In this document: positions 35,841 through 45,909 of the stretch, piece after piece
Position numbering within the stretch: the stretch's first letter is position 1
Layout of the letters: every line of letters starts with the position of its first letter
Origin: an uncultured Amylibacter sp.
Lineage (GTDB): Bacteria > Pseudomonadota > Alphaproteobacteria > Rhodobacterales > Rhodobacteraceae
Reading direction: 5' to 3'
NCBI GenBank assembly: GCA_943846615.1
Contig: OX044354.1
Location: 622,359-686,358 of the forward strand
Length of the DNA stretch: 64,000 nucleotides
The notes under the pieces: model-generated
Seen by the model: only the letters and a program-made list of their open reading frames with translations
The model's database searches: none
What the model was told of the DNA's origin: nothing
Position numbers and translations under genes: made by a program

Positions 35841-36827
35841 TTACAAGAAGCCTAGTTTTTTCATCAGATCGCCGATGACTGTTTCTTGGGCCTCTAGGAA
35901 CGCTTTGAAATCGTCGCCAGAGTTGTGGATGTTTACCCAACCGTTGCGTGCACGAACTGCTTCCCATTCTGGAGTATCGTACATTTCATCGATTGCTTTT
36001 TGGTACATTGCCACTTTGTCAGCAGGCATGCCTGGTGCGCCAAAGAAGCCGCGCCAGTTTACGAATGATGTATCGATGCCTTGCTCTTTCATGGTCATCG
36101 CATCGGCTGCTGCTGCAACACGCTCATCTGCGGTAACGCCGATGATTTTCACTTCGCCCGCTGCTGCCAAATCAACAGCTTCAGAGAAGCCCGTTGATAG
36201 TGCTTTGATTTCGCCAGAAAGCAATGCTGCCATCGCTTTGCCGCCAGCATCGTATGGAATGTACTTAACACCCAATGCATCTTTGCCAGCTGCTTCCATA
36301 ACCATGGCCGCTACAAGGTGATCCATGCCACCTGGAACGGAACCGCCACCGATGGCTGTGCCTGCCGGGTCTGCGTCATATGCGGCAATCAAATCAGCCA
36401 TTGAATTCATTGGGCTGTCTTTGCCAACAACAATCGCTGCGTAGTCTCCGATGGTACCTGAAACCAATGTCAGATCACGGAAGTTATGTGGGAATACGCC
36501 AGTCAACGAACGGATTACGATTGGCGTAGAGTTCACCATCAATGTACCGTGGTTGCTGTCTGCGTTTTCGATCAGATAACCAATGGCCTTACCGCCACCG
36601 CCGCCAGACATGTTTTCGTAAGACGCAGTGCCAACAATGCCAGCGCCTGTTAATGCTTCGCCAGTTCCACGTGCGGTTCCGTCCCAACCACCACCAGCAC
36701 CGCCGGGGATCAAGAAGTGAATGCTGTCTAAAACTTTGTGTCCATCTGCGAACATCGGTGAACCAAAGCTGATTGCGGCCACAGCAGTGGCCATAAGGGC
36801 GCGTCTGCCCAAGTTAAATTTCGTCAT
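35841..36827 (-). CDS. tctC: tripartite tricarboxylate transporter substrate-binding protein
   Basis: The start at MTKFNLGRRALMATAVAA (ATG 36827, preceded by GGGAGGAA) gives a signal peptide. The longer ORF-track start at 37019 would overlap tctD. Confidence 0.8.
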   Translation of the reverse strand: MTKFNLGRRALMATAVAAISFGSPMFADGHKVLDSIHFLIPGGAGGGWDGTARGTGEALTGAGIVGTASYENMSGGGGGKAIGYLIENADSNHGTLMVNSTPIVIRSLTGVFPHNFRDLTLVSGTIGDYAAIVVGKDSPMNSMADLIAAYDADPAGTAIGGGSVPGGMDHLVAAMVMEAAGKDALGVKYIPYDAGGKAMAALLSGEIKALSTGFSEAVDLAAAGEVKIIGVTADERVAAAADAMTMKEQGIDTSFVNWRGFFGAPGMPADKVAMYQKAIDEMYDTPEWEAVRARNGWVNIHNSGDDFKAFLEAQETVIGDLMKKLGFL

Positions 36828-36932
36828 AATTTCCTCCCATTTGACAACTCGCCACAAAACGGGCCAGTTAAAACAACAAACCACTGTAACCTGACACAAA
36901 CCTGTCATTTGAAAAATTAGCTGTAAAAAATC

Positions 36933-37598
36933 ATGAAATACCTGTTGGTCGAAGATAATCATGAATTGGCAAATGCCGTCTGTTCGCGTTTGGAATTTGA
37001 CGGCCATGTCGTTGATCATGCTGATAAATTACAAGATGCCATCGCCTATGCCGACACCAGTGAATATGATTTGATCTTGTTGGATATTAACCTGCCTGAT
37101 GGCGATGGTCGCACGTTCTTGAAACATCACAGAGACCGTAAACAGATCACGCCAATCATAGTTTTGACAGCCCGATCACAGGTGTCCGACAGAATCAGTA
37201 TTCTTGACTTAGGTGCAGATGATTACGTCACAAAACCATTCGATCATTCGGAATTACAGGCCCGATGCCGCGCCGTGTTGCGGCGAAATTCAGGGGCTGT
37301 TCAGACTATTTTAGAATTTGGTGATGTGGCCTTTAACCAGGTTGCGGGGCAACTAATGATCCGTGGCGAATTGGTGAATTTGCGCAATCGAGAGTTGCGG
37401 TTATTTGAATTACTGTTGAATGCACGCGGGCAAATTTTCTCGAAACAAAAACTGGCTGATCGGCTATTTTCCTACGATGAAGATGTTTCTGAAAATGCTA
37501 TTGAAGTCTATATTGGAAGGCTTCGCAAACACCTAGAAAACACCAACCTTGTGATAACCACTCATCGCGGATTGGGGTACAGGTTGGACGATGTCTGA
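36933..37598 (+). CDS. tctD: OmpR-family response regulator
   Basis: Receiver domain (LLDINLPDGDG) plus winged helix (HRGLGYRL). Divergent from tctCBA. Confidence 0.8.
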   Translation: MKYLLVEDNHELANAVCSRLEFDGHVVDHADKLQDAIAYADTSEYDLILLDINLPDGDGRTFLKHHRDRKQITPIIVLTARSQVSDRISILDLGADDYVTKPFDHSELQARCRAVLRRNSGAVQTILEFGDVAFNQVAGQLMIRGELVNLRNRELRLFELLLNARGQIFSKQKLADRLFSYDEDVSENAIEVYIGRLRKHLENTNLVITTHRGLGYRLDDV

Positions 37599-38958
37599 AA
37601 TCGTACGCACATCGGGGTCACTCAGAAAACGCTTGATGATTACCTTGATCAGCGGCGCTGCGGTTTTGGCGATTGTTTTGTTTTTGATTGTGCGTGGTTA
37701 CGCCACCCAAATCGCGCAAAATGGCCAAGATAATATTCTAAGTGCATCGGTTTCGTCGCTGTTGGATGCCGCAGTCGTCCAAGATGGCACTGTCGAAGTC
37801 GATTTTCCATATTCTTCATTTTCGATGCTTGATACCGAGTTGGATGATCGCGTTTTTTATGGCATTTACCAAGATGGTAGGTTGCTGTCGGGTTATGAAG
37901 ATTTGCCGCGCCCATCTCTGAAAGATGGAGAGAGACGCTCTTTTCAAACATTGGACTATGCGGGAACGACTGTTAGGTTGGCCAGCGCCAAGCGAACATT
38001 GGTCGGGGCCACTGGACGCACCGAAATTTCGGTTTCCATTGCGCAAACCCAAGACGCCCTCTCGCAAACTTTAGGCGATATTTCCCAAACTGTGACTCTG
38101 TTCGGCACAGGTTTTTTCTTGTTGATTGTATTATTGTCTTATTGGGCGACTACGGTCACCATCAACCCGCTGATGCGCCTTGCGATGTCTGTCCAACGTC
38201 GTGGCCCACAGGACCTAAGCCCGTTTAGAAAAGAGGTGCCTTCGGAAATGGTTCCTTTGGTTTCGTCGCTAAATACGCTGATGGGGCGTTTGGATCATTC
38301 CCTGACCCAATCCGAAGATTTCATCGCCGAAGCCGCGCACCGCGTGCGAACACCATTGGCTACCGTGCGATCATATGCTGATGCAACGTTACAGCGCGTC
38401 ACAAAAAAACAGAACCGCGATGCGCTGCGTTCGATGGTGCGCGCAATCGACGAGAGTTCACGCGCCGCCAGCCAGTTATTGGACCATGCGATGATCACGT
38501 TTCGCGCGGATCATTTGGAGAAAAAGCAAATTGATTTGGTGGCATTGGTACAAGAGCTTGTTGTTCGATTGGCGCCCATTGCCGAGATGAAGGATGTAAC
38601 ATTAGATTTCGCACATGACGATGTGGTGACGACCAAAGGCGATATTATCCTGTTGCAAAATGCCATTCGAAATTTGATCGACAATGCACTTAAGTACGCA
38701 CCAAACGAGTCCGACATCTATATATCTGTTAAATCTGATCCAAACCCAAATGTGATGGTTTTAGACCAAGGCCCAGGATATCCGGTTGAGGATTTTGACA
38801 ACCTAACCACTCGCTTTGCCAGGGGCAAAAACGCCGATGGCGTCGTTGGGTCGGGGCTTGGGTTAACGATTGCCAAAGACGTCGCAGTGGCACATGACGG
38901 CGATCTTCTACTCAGCAATCATGAAAAGGGGGGCGCATGCGCTATTTTATCACTGTAA
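37591..38958 (+). CDS. tctE: sensor histidine kinase
   Basis: Two TM segments, H-box EAAHRVRTPLA, and G-box GSGLGLTIAKD. Overlaps tctD by 8 nt. Confidence 0.8.
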   Translation: MSEIVRTSGSLRKRLMITLISGAAVLAIVLFLIVRGYATQIAQNGQDNILSASVSSLLDAAVVQDGTVEVDFPYSSFSMLDTELDDRVFYGIYQDGRLLSGYEDLPRPSLKDGERRSFQTLDYAGTTVRLASAKRTLVGATGRTEISVSIAQTQDALSQTLGDISQTVTLFGTGFFLLIVLLSYWATTVTINPLMRLAMSVQRRGPQDLSPFRKEVPSEMVPLVSSLNTLMGRLDHSLTQSEDFIAEAAHRVRTPLATVRSYADATLQRVTKKQNRDALRSMVRAIDESSRAASQLLDHAMITFRADHLEKKQIDLVALVQELVVRLAPIAEMKDVTLDFAHDDVVTTKGDIILLQNAIRNLIDNALKYAPNESDIYISVKSDPNPNVMVLDQGPGYPVEDFDNLTTRFARGKNADGVVGSGLGLTIAKDVAVAHDGDLLLSNHEKGGACAILSL

Positions 38959-39935
38959 TAGCTATGTTTTTTACATGGTCGGCAAGCGCGCAAGATTGGG
39001 AAGATCGAAGTGTTTTTTCAGGTGCGGATACCAGTCAAAGTTTACGTGTTCTTTCAAGTACGGACACTTCATTTTTCGAACCCATTATTAATAAATTTCG
39101 CATCGCTTATCCCAACGTGAGTGTTGAGTATTTGGTAACCACCACAGCGGAGATTGATAAAATTTTTCGCGCATCACCCGAAGATTACGATGTTGTCATT
39201 TCCAGCGCGATGGATTTGCAATTGAAACTTGTCAACGATGGGTATGCGGCAAAGATTGCCAATGTCGAAACCCCTGATTGGGCGAAATGGCGCGATAGCT
39301 TATTTGCATTCACAATCGAACCTGCTGCAATAGTAATTAACAAAGCTGCTTTCCTAGGGCATAAAATACCAAAAACCAGACAAGAACTGATCCAAAGCTT
39401 GCGTGCGAGGCCAGCACTTTTTCAAGATAAATTGGGCACCTATGACGTCCGGGAATCGGGATTGGGGTATCTATTTGCAACCCAAGATGCACGTGCGTCA
39501 GAAACATACTGGCGCTTAATGGAGGTGATGGGTGGGCTTGGTACCAAGCTTTATTGTTGCTCGGGTGCGATGATCGACGACCTAGAGAGTGGTAAAATTG
39601 CAGTCGCCTATAATGTGCTGAGTAGTTATGCCAAAGCGCGCAAAGGCCAAGACACTTCGATAGAAATTATATTACCTGCGGATTTCCCAACAACCATGAT
39701 GCGAACTGCTATCGTTTCCGATTCTACCATTAACGTAAAAAATGCGGAAAACTTTGTTCGTCATCTATTAGATATTCAATCGGAAGGCCAAAAGGATGCA
39801 ACAACTTCACTACCTTCGTTGTTTTTAAACCCTGGGGAGCAAACGATACCTCTTGAACCCGCGTTGATGACGTACCTGGATAGATTAAAGCGCAAAACGT
39901 TTTTATTGGAATGGGAACGGGCAATAGTACAATGA
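38937..39935 (+). CDS. periplasmic solute-binding protein (type-2 PBP fold), orphan
   Basis: Signal peptide MFFTWSASAQD. Overlaps the tctE 3' end by 22 nt. No permease or ATPase gene follows. Confidence 0.6.
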   Translation: MRYFITVIAMFFTWSASAQDWEDRSVFSGADTSQSLRVLSSTDTSFFEPIINKFRIAYPNVSVEYLVTTTAEIDKIFRASPEDYDVVISSAMDLQLKLVNDGYAAKIANVETPDWAKWRDSLFAFTIEPAAIVINKAAFLGHKIPKTRQELIQSLRARPALFQDKLGTYDVRESGLGYLFATQDARASETYWRLMEVMGGLGTKLYCCSGAMIDDLESGKIAVAYNVLSSYAKARKGQDTSIEIILPADFPTTMMRTAIVSDSTINVKNAENFVRHLLDIQSEGQKDATTSLPSLFLNPGEQTIPLEPALMTYLDRLKRKTFLLEWERAIVQ

Positions 39936-40068
39936 CAAGACTGGGGCAATTTATACGTCTGTTTTTAGTTACTCTGCCGGTTCCTAAGTAACGATGAATG
40001 AACGTCCGCTTGGGATCCTGAAATGAGGTCCCAAGCGACGTTCAAATTCTCTGATTACCTTTTATCCG

Positions 40069-42129
40069 TTACAGTGTTTTCAGATATTCAATGATTGCCG
40101 CGCGCTCCTGATCCGTGAATTCTGGACCAATAACGCCCGTTTTATCCCCGTTTGCTGATGCGCCGAATGCGTGACCTGTGTTGCGGTTACCGTCCAGTTT
40201 TGTATCCAGAATAAACAATCCATCCTGATACAGCGGGTAATGAGATTTATCCAAGATCGGTTGTTTCACGCCCACCTTTTGTACATCGAATTCCAAGGTG
40301 CCAAGGCGCACAAATTCGGGGCGTTGATCGACGGGGCGTAACAGATCATCCAATGTTGGAACTGAACCGTTGTGTAAAAATGGACCCGTTGCCCATACGC
40401 CGTTTAGTGGACGCGCTTTGTAACCCGCACCGCTTTGCAAACAATTTGGGCGTTCGCCCTCAAAATACGGACGCAATTCTTCGGGGATGAAATTTTGATC
40501 GAACCATTGATCATTCACCTGTTGTACGACGGCACCTAAAGCCAATGCGAAGCTGACCATGGGACCGTCGGTGACGTCCACCTCTACCAATTGGTTTTCA
40601 CCGCTTTTGGTACGTTGGGTGACAGCCGTGTCCAAACGTGCCTTGGCCAAACGTGGGTTACCTGCACCGAAATCTGGTAGTGGTGTACAAACAGTGGCGT
40701 CGATGCCCATGCTTTTGCCGGTTGTCCCACCCGTAGTATTCACGGTGCGTTTCGCCAAAATATCCGCTTGGGCGCTGTCGGTTCCAATTACGCGCAGGGG
40801 CAGAATGTTTACGGCCAAGAATGCCTCGGGCGTTTTCTTTTGTTGGCCGTTTTGAATGTATTCGATTGGTTTAAAGTAGCGTTCGGTAAAAATTTCATCG
40901 CTATTTAAAGCGGGCAAGTGACAGCCCATGCAACGGCGTTCGTACAAGGCCTGTCCCTTTGCGGCCAAGGCAGTATCGATCGTGCCAAGAGATGCAGGCC
41001 ATGTCGGGCCGTGTAAACCACCAAAGGCGCCCGCTTGCATAGGGTTTTTATCGCCGGCTAATGAATCCTCGATCCATTTTAGGTTTTTAACGGGAACCGA
41101 GGAGGAGAAGCGCCCTTCGCCCTTGGGGGCGGTGGTGTTGATGGCGGCGTGAACGCCCAATGCTTCGCCAGAGTTGCGCACCAAGGGTTGCATGATGGAA
41201 CCGTCGTATTGAACCCAATCAAACCAGCTGGATGTCCAGATGTGTGGATAGTTTACGGGCGCATCGATCGGTGCATAGTTTTCGCGTTGTTTTGTGTTGG
41301 TCGAAAACACCTGATTGCCGATGCGGTTCAGCGCGTCCAGACGACCGAATCCTTCGGCAACGTCGATCACATCGCCGCCTGTCGCAGCCACCGCGTTTAC
41401 GACACTTTCCAAATCCTTGGCCAGCTGGGCCTTGGCGGTTTGGGTGTAAGTATCACCCAGAACAGCCTTTGCGAAACGATTGAAACGTTTGTTTGGTAGG
41501 GGCAGTTTTGACGCAATCAAAGTTTGACCCAATGCGGAACCCAGACCTTTGGTCAGCGCGTTCAGGTCGGTAACGGCAGGGCCGCCATTGACGATATATT
41601 CTGTGTCACCTTGGGTGAATTTACCGGTGTGGCACGCCGCACAGGTAAAGCCGACGCTGGTGGTTAATGTCGGATAGCCCGAAACGTTTTGAAACGCGGT
41701 TCCCGCGAAACCGATGGGCAGGCCATCTGGGTTATGCGCGGATGTTGTGCCCGAAATAAATCCATAGCGTTGGATGTAATCGGGATCGGTAAACGCGCCC
41801 TCGCGGCTGGGCCATAGCAATCCCCATACGGATTTTTCAGGCTGCTCCAACGCAACCAACCAATCATATGGGATGGGCAATGTTCCCGTACCTTGGGAAA
41901 TGTGGTGGAATTGCTCACTGGTTTTTTCATCCCAGTTTTGCGCCAAATATTCGCGCTTTTCGGGCTGGATGTATTTTGGCAGGCTTGGTGGGGTCAGGTT
42001 TTCAACGATGACGCGCACAGCAGAACTGCGCAGCACGAAGATTAGGGCCAAAATTGCCACACAGATAGCTGTGATCCAAAACCGTTTAGATAAAAACAAA
42101 GACAATGAAATACGCATATTTAACCCCAA
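40069..42129 (-). CDS. membrane-anchored di-haem c-type cytochrome (peroxidase/MauG-like)
   Basis: Two CxxCH motifs (CAACH, CMGCH) and an N-terminal TM. Confidence 0.6.
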   Translation of the reverse strand: MGLNMRISLSLFLSKRFWITAICVAILALIFVLRSSAVRVIVENLTPPSLPKYIQPEKREYLAQNWDEKTSEQFHHISQGTGTLPIPYDWLVALEQPEKSVWGLLWPSREGAFTDPDYIQRYGFISGTTSAHNPDGLPIGFAGTAFQNVSGYPTLTTSVGFTCAACHTGKFTQGDTEYIVNGGPAVTDLNALTKGLGSALGQTLIASKLPLPNKRFNRFAKAVLGDTYTQTAKAQLAKDLESVVNAVAATGGDVIDVAEGFGRLDALNRIGNQVFSTNTKQRENYAPIDAPVNYPHIWTSSWFDWVQYDGSIMQPLVRNSGEALGVHAAINTTAPKGEGRFSSSVPVKNLKWIEDSLAGDKNPMQAGAFGGLHGPTWPASLGTIDTALAAKGQALYERRCMGCHLPALNSDEIFTERYFKPIEYIQNGQQKKTPEAFLAVNILPLRVIGTDSAQADILAKRTVNTTGGTTGKSMGIDATVCTPLPDFGAGNPRLAKARLDTAVTQRTKSGENQLVEVDVTDGPMVSFALALGAVVQQVNDQWFDQNFIPEELRPYFEGERPNCLQSGAGYKARPLNGVWATGPFLHNGSVPTLDDLLRPVDQRPEFVRLGTLEFDVQKVGVKQPILDKSHYPLYQDGLFILDTKLDGNRNTGHAFGASANGDKTGVIGPEFTDQERAAIIEYLKTL

Positions 42130-42337
42130 AATAAATAAACCTAGTGAGGAGTTACACGCAGTGGTTGTTTAAATGCAAGTAATCAAATGTAAATGTGCCA
42201 AATTTTGGAAAAAAGAGTGCAAATACTCACTTATGCAACGAGATCAGAAATTTGGCCCTCCTATTTCATCGATTACGGATAAGATGTATCAACGCCAAAG
42301 CGCGGTTAAGGAAAATTTAGGTTAAGGGTAATCGGTT

Positions 42338-43690
42338 ATGTCACACATTTTCTGGAAACAACTAAGCGATACAGTATTTGGGAACAGTGTTTCGACGCCA
42401 AAAATCGCATATGATGGCACCCTGCCCTGTCTATTGCCCGTGACAGAATTATTGGCGGAAGCCACAGGTTTGGCGGGCGTTGCATTGGCCAAGTTGCGTG
42501 GACAGGCCTCAGATGAGGTTCATGTTGATGCGCGGTTATGTGGATTATGGGCGGATACGTCCTATACGCCGATAGGATGGGTACCACCCGAAATGTGGGA
42601 TCCAATTTCCAGCATATTTAAAACCAAGGATGGTTGGATCAGGTTGCATACGAATGCCGCGCATCACAAAGCGGCCGCGGCAGCGGTGCTGGGGGATGTT
42701 TCAAACAAACGATCAGTTGGCGAAGTCATCGCGCAACACGATGGTGAAGAATTGGAAAACCTGTTTGTGAAAAACAACGGTGCGGCGGCGCGATACATAC
42801 GTTGGGAAGATTGGAAAATGCACCCCCAAGGAATAGCAATTTCGCGTGCGCCCTTGGTAGAATGGTCGACGAAATCAGCCCCATCCAGCGACCGATTGCG
42901 CGAATTCAATTATTCGTCTGACAGGCCATTGGCGGGCATAAAGGTGTTGGATATGACCCGGGTTCTGGCCGGCCCCGTTGCGACGCGCACCTTGGCTGGG
43001 TTTGGTGCACAGGTTTTACGAATTGATCCCCATAATTGGGACGATCACGGGGTTTTGCAGGATACGACATTAGGAAAACGATGCACGGGATTGGATTTAA
43101 AACGAGCCGATGACCGCGCAATTTTTGATGGCTTGTTGGCGCAGGCTGATGTTTTGGTGCATGGGTATCGACCCGAAGCGTTGGCGAATTTGGGATATGG
43201 GCCACAAGCGTTGGTGGCGAAAAACCCCAGCTTGATCGATGTTTCCTTATGTGCATATGGCTGGCATGGGCCATGGGCGAAACGGCGTGGGTTTGACAGT
43301 TTGGTTCAGCTGAGTTCGGGCATCGCGGATATTTGTGCGGATGCTGATGGGCCCGGAAAATTGCCAGTGCAGGCGTTAGATCATGCAACGGGATATATCA
43401 TGACCGCCTGTATTTTTGAGGCGTTGAGGCAAGCGCAGCAAGGCAAAGTTATGTCGGCGCGCACGTCATTAGCGGGGGTTGCGATGATGTTGTCTCAGGC
43501 GTTGGGTGCGTCACAGATCGATGATATCGCGCGACCTGTTGGCGATGCGGATTATGATGATACCATCGAGCACAGCGATTGGGGTGACTTGCAACGTTTG
43601 CGTCCACAGATGGCAATTTCTGGGGCACCGATGCGATGGGATATTGCATCTGGGAATTTGCGCCGTCATCATCCACATTGGGGCGAATAG
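42338..43690 (+). CDS. family III CoA-transferase (CaiB/BaiF-like)
   Basis: LAGIKVLDMTRVLAGPVATRTLAGFGAQVLRIDP. The motif begins only at ~aa 195, so there is a long N-terminal extension. Confidence 0.75.
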   Translation: MSHIFWKQLSDTVFGNSVSTPKIAYDGTLPCLLPVTELLAEATGLAGVALAKLRGQASDEVHVDARLCGLWADTSYTPIGWVPPEMWDPISSIFKTKDGWIRLHTNAAHHKAAAAAVLGDVSNKRSVGEVIAQHDGEELENLFVKNNGAAARYIRWEDWKMHPQGIAISRAPLVEWSTKSAPSSDRLREFNYSSDRPLAGIKVLDMTRVLAGPVATRTLAGFGAQVLRIDPHNWDDHGVLQDTTLGKRCTGLDLKRADDRAIFDGLLAQADVLVHGYRPEALANLGYGPQALVAKNPSLIDVSLCAYGWHGPWAKRRGFDSLVQLSSGIADICADADGPGKLPVQALDHATGYIMTACIFEALRQAQQGKVMSARTSLAGVAMMLSQALGASQIDDIARPVGDADYDDTIEHSDWGDLQRLRPQMAISGAPMRWDIASGNLRRHHPHWGE

Positions 43691-43753
43691 GCACGTCGTT
43701 TTGAGTGGATATTAAAGTTTATTAACCAAACCTTAACCCTATCCTCGCAACCG

Positions 43754-45088
43754 TTGAATGTGAGAGAAAATTCGTTTTTATTCTTTGTGAAGTTGCTTCG
43801 AATGCCCGTGACATTGGTCGGCTTTCGCATCTTTGGTGCGCTTAGTGGCATGGCAATGGCGATTGTGTTGACTTCGCAATTGGGGGCCGCGCAATTTGGA
43901 TTGATTGCGCAGGCACTTTCACTGGCGATGTTGTTATCGCTGTTCTGTACGTTGGGCCTAGAGGCCGCCTGCCCGAAATTCCTGATCGGTAATATTGAGC
44001 AGTCTGATTTCAAGGCTGCGCGGTCTTTTGTGTATTTCAATTTTCTTGTTACAATCGCGATGAGCGTGATTGTTGTTAGTGCCGCATTTTGGGTTTTGGG
44101 CAGTACATCCCCGTCGACAACCATCGCAATCTTGGCCGCGCCTATTGTGGCGCTGACCCGTATGGCTGCGGGGTTCAGTATGGGGTTTTCCAACGTGTAT
44201 GCTGCGGTCATCCCGCGCAGTTTCCTACGCCCTTTCTTGTGTTTATGTTTGGTGGCGAGTGTAGTTTATCAGTCCACCGCCGCGCCGATCCATTGGGTTT
44301 TGATCTGCTTTTTCCTGGCGAACTTCTTGGTGTTTGTCGTCCAAACCGTCACCTTGGCCCGCCCAATCGCCCAACTGCGCCGCGAGGCGGGCGCGCAGAA
44401 GGTTTCATTCGTCGATTGGTGTAAATGGTTGGGGTTTGGTACTGTCATCGGGGGCTCGATTTTGTTTATCGAGTTTTTCCAGCACATCAGCATTTTGATC
44501 GCCAGCATCACCCTGCCCGCCAGCGACATTGCCTATTTGGATGTTTGCATGAAATTGGTAGGCTTCGTCACCTTTGGCATTGTTGCCGTGAACCAGAGTT
44601 ATTTGCCGAGAAACGCACAGGCATTTTTCGGGTTTGAAACCACTAAGTTACAAGCGTTGTTGCGGCAGGCCGCGATGATCCGCTGTATCGCCAGTGCACT
44701 GGGCGTCGCTGTGATCTATTTTGCAGGCCCATCAGTTTTACGCCTATTCGGGGCCGAATTCAGCGCGGCAATGCCTGTTTTGAATGTCCTGTTGTGGCTG
44801 CCGTTTTTGATCGGTTTTTTTGGCCCCGCCGCGAACATGCTATCGATCACTGATCACCCCGTGGTTTTGTTGAAAATCGTAACGGTGGCGCTAATTTCGT
44901 TATGCGTTGGCGTCACGCTGGGCGGTAAATTTGGCGGCGTGATTGGTGTGGCCTATGGAGTTGTTTTCAGCTGGTTGGTTTGGGGCGCATTGGTTGCATT
45001 TGTCACGTGGCGACGAATGGGCGTTGATACGACTTTCATCGCGCTAATAATCAATCATCGCACCAATTCACGAAGGCAAGCAACATGA
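43754..45088 (+). CDS. polysaccharide flippase (Wzx/MOP superfamily)
   Basis: ~12-14 TM segments. ATGA overlap with the downstream sulfotransferase gene. The start is uncertain (TTG 43754 or ATG 43802). Confidence 0.65.
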   Translation: MNVRENSFLFFVKLLRMPVTLVGFRIFGALSGMAMAIVLTSQLGAAQFGLIAQALSLAMLLSLFCTLGLEAACPKFLIGNIEQSDFKAARSFVYFNFLVTIAMSVIVVSAAFWVLGSTSPSTTIAILAAPIVALTRMAAGFSMGFSNVYAAVIPRSFLRPFLCLCLVASVVYQSTAAPIHWVLICFFLANFLVFVVQTVTLARPIAQLRREAGAQKVSFVDWCKWLGFGTVIGGSILFIEFFQHISILIASITLPASDIAYLDVCMKLVGFVTFGIVAVNQSYLPRNAQAFFGFETTKLQALLRQAAMIRCIASALGVAVIYFAGPSVLRLFGAEFSAAMPVLNVLLWLPFLIGFFGPAANMLSITDHPVVLLKIVTVALISLCVGVTLGGKFGGVIGVAYGVVFSWLVWGALVAFVTWRRMGVDTTFIALIINHRTNSRRQAT

Positions 45089-45909
45089 ACCAGACCAACA
45101 GCCAACGTTTCAAACGTCGTTTGCGCACATATACCGGACGTGTAAAATCGACCGTAGCAGGTGGAATAAGGCATCCGGTATTTTTCATGCACCTACCAAA
45201 ATGCGGTGGCACGTCCGTGGCAGAGGCGCTGTATGCGACCGTCCCATTACAACGGCGCGTTGGTGTTATTGACGCGAACGCCACGCGGCGTACGGCGGCG
45301 ATTTTGTATGACGATGTCAATGAATTACATGTGCAACATGATGACATGTCGAACAGTAAAAACGTATATGATCTGCGTGCGGGGATGTTGATAAATCACA
45401 TGGCATGGAGCAGCCAGATGATCCACGGGCATGTCCTGTTTAGCGACACAGCGGATCGCCATTTTGGGGACCAATATAAATACGTGACAGTGCTGCGCGA
45501 ACCGATTTCCCGCACCCTGTCGAATTTCGCTCACACAGTTTCATCGGGTATGATTGCGGATGATTTTGATGCCTATTTGGGGGGGCCTTTTGTGCGTGCG
45601 CATGGGTTGACGTTTTTGCGGTATTTCAGCGGCACCCCCGTGTTGGAAAAAGCAAACGAAGAGGAAGCCTTGGAAACCGCCAAGAGCGCTTTGAAGAAGT
45701 TTTCGGTTGTTGGTTTTTTGGATGATCTGCCAGGGTTTTGTGATGATTACAAAGCAGCCTTGGGCGTGCGCCCGCGTATCGGAATCTACAATCAGGCAAA
45801 GGGTTCGGCGTTTAAACTCAGTGACGTGCAGATGGCAAAATTAACTGAAATTTTGCATACGGAAATTGCCTTTTGGAATTATGCGCGGCGATTAAAAGGC
45901 ATGGCGTAG
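45085..45909 (+). CDS. carbohydrate sulfotransferase (family-2-like)
   Basis: FFMHLPKCGGTSVAEALY resembles the HIPKTGGTS PAPS loop. VLREPISRTLS resembles the 3'-phosphate motif. Confidence 0.7.
   Translation: MNQTNSQRFKRRLRTYTGRVKSTVAGGIRHPVFFMHLPKCGGTSVAEALYATVPLQRRVGVIDANATRRTAAILYDDVNELHVQHDDMSNSKNVYDLRAGMLINHMAWSSQMIHGHVLFSDTADRHFGDQYKYVTVLREPISRTLSNFAHTVSSGMIADDFDAYLGGPFVRAHGLTFLRYFSGTPVLEKANEEEALETAKSALKKFSVVGFLDDLPGFCDDYKAALGVRPRIGIYNQAKGSAFKLSDVQMAKLTEILHTEIAFWNYARRLKGMA

Noticed and set aside
36828-37019. The N-terminal 64-codon extension of the tctC ORF (track start 37019)
   Set aside because: The extension overlaps the divergent tctD start and is not signal-peptide-like. ATG 36827 has a strong GGGAGGAA ribosome-binding site and yields a normal signal peptide.
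42338-42920. The ~195-aa N-terminal extension of the CoA-transferase as a possible circular permutation of the family III fold
   Set aside because: This is only an impression from a few residues (…DGWIRLH…). It cannot be supported without a profile or structure alignment, so it is not reported as a finding.
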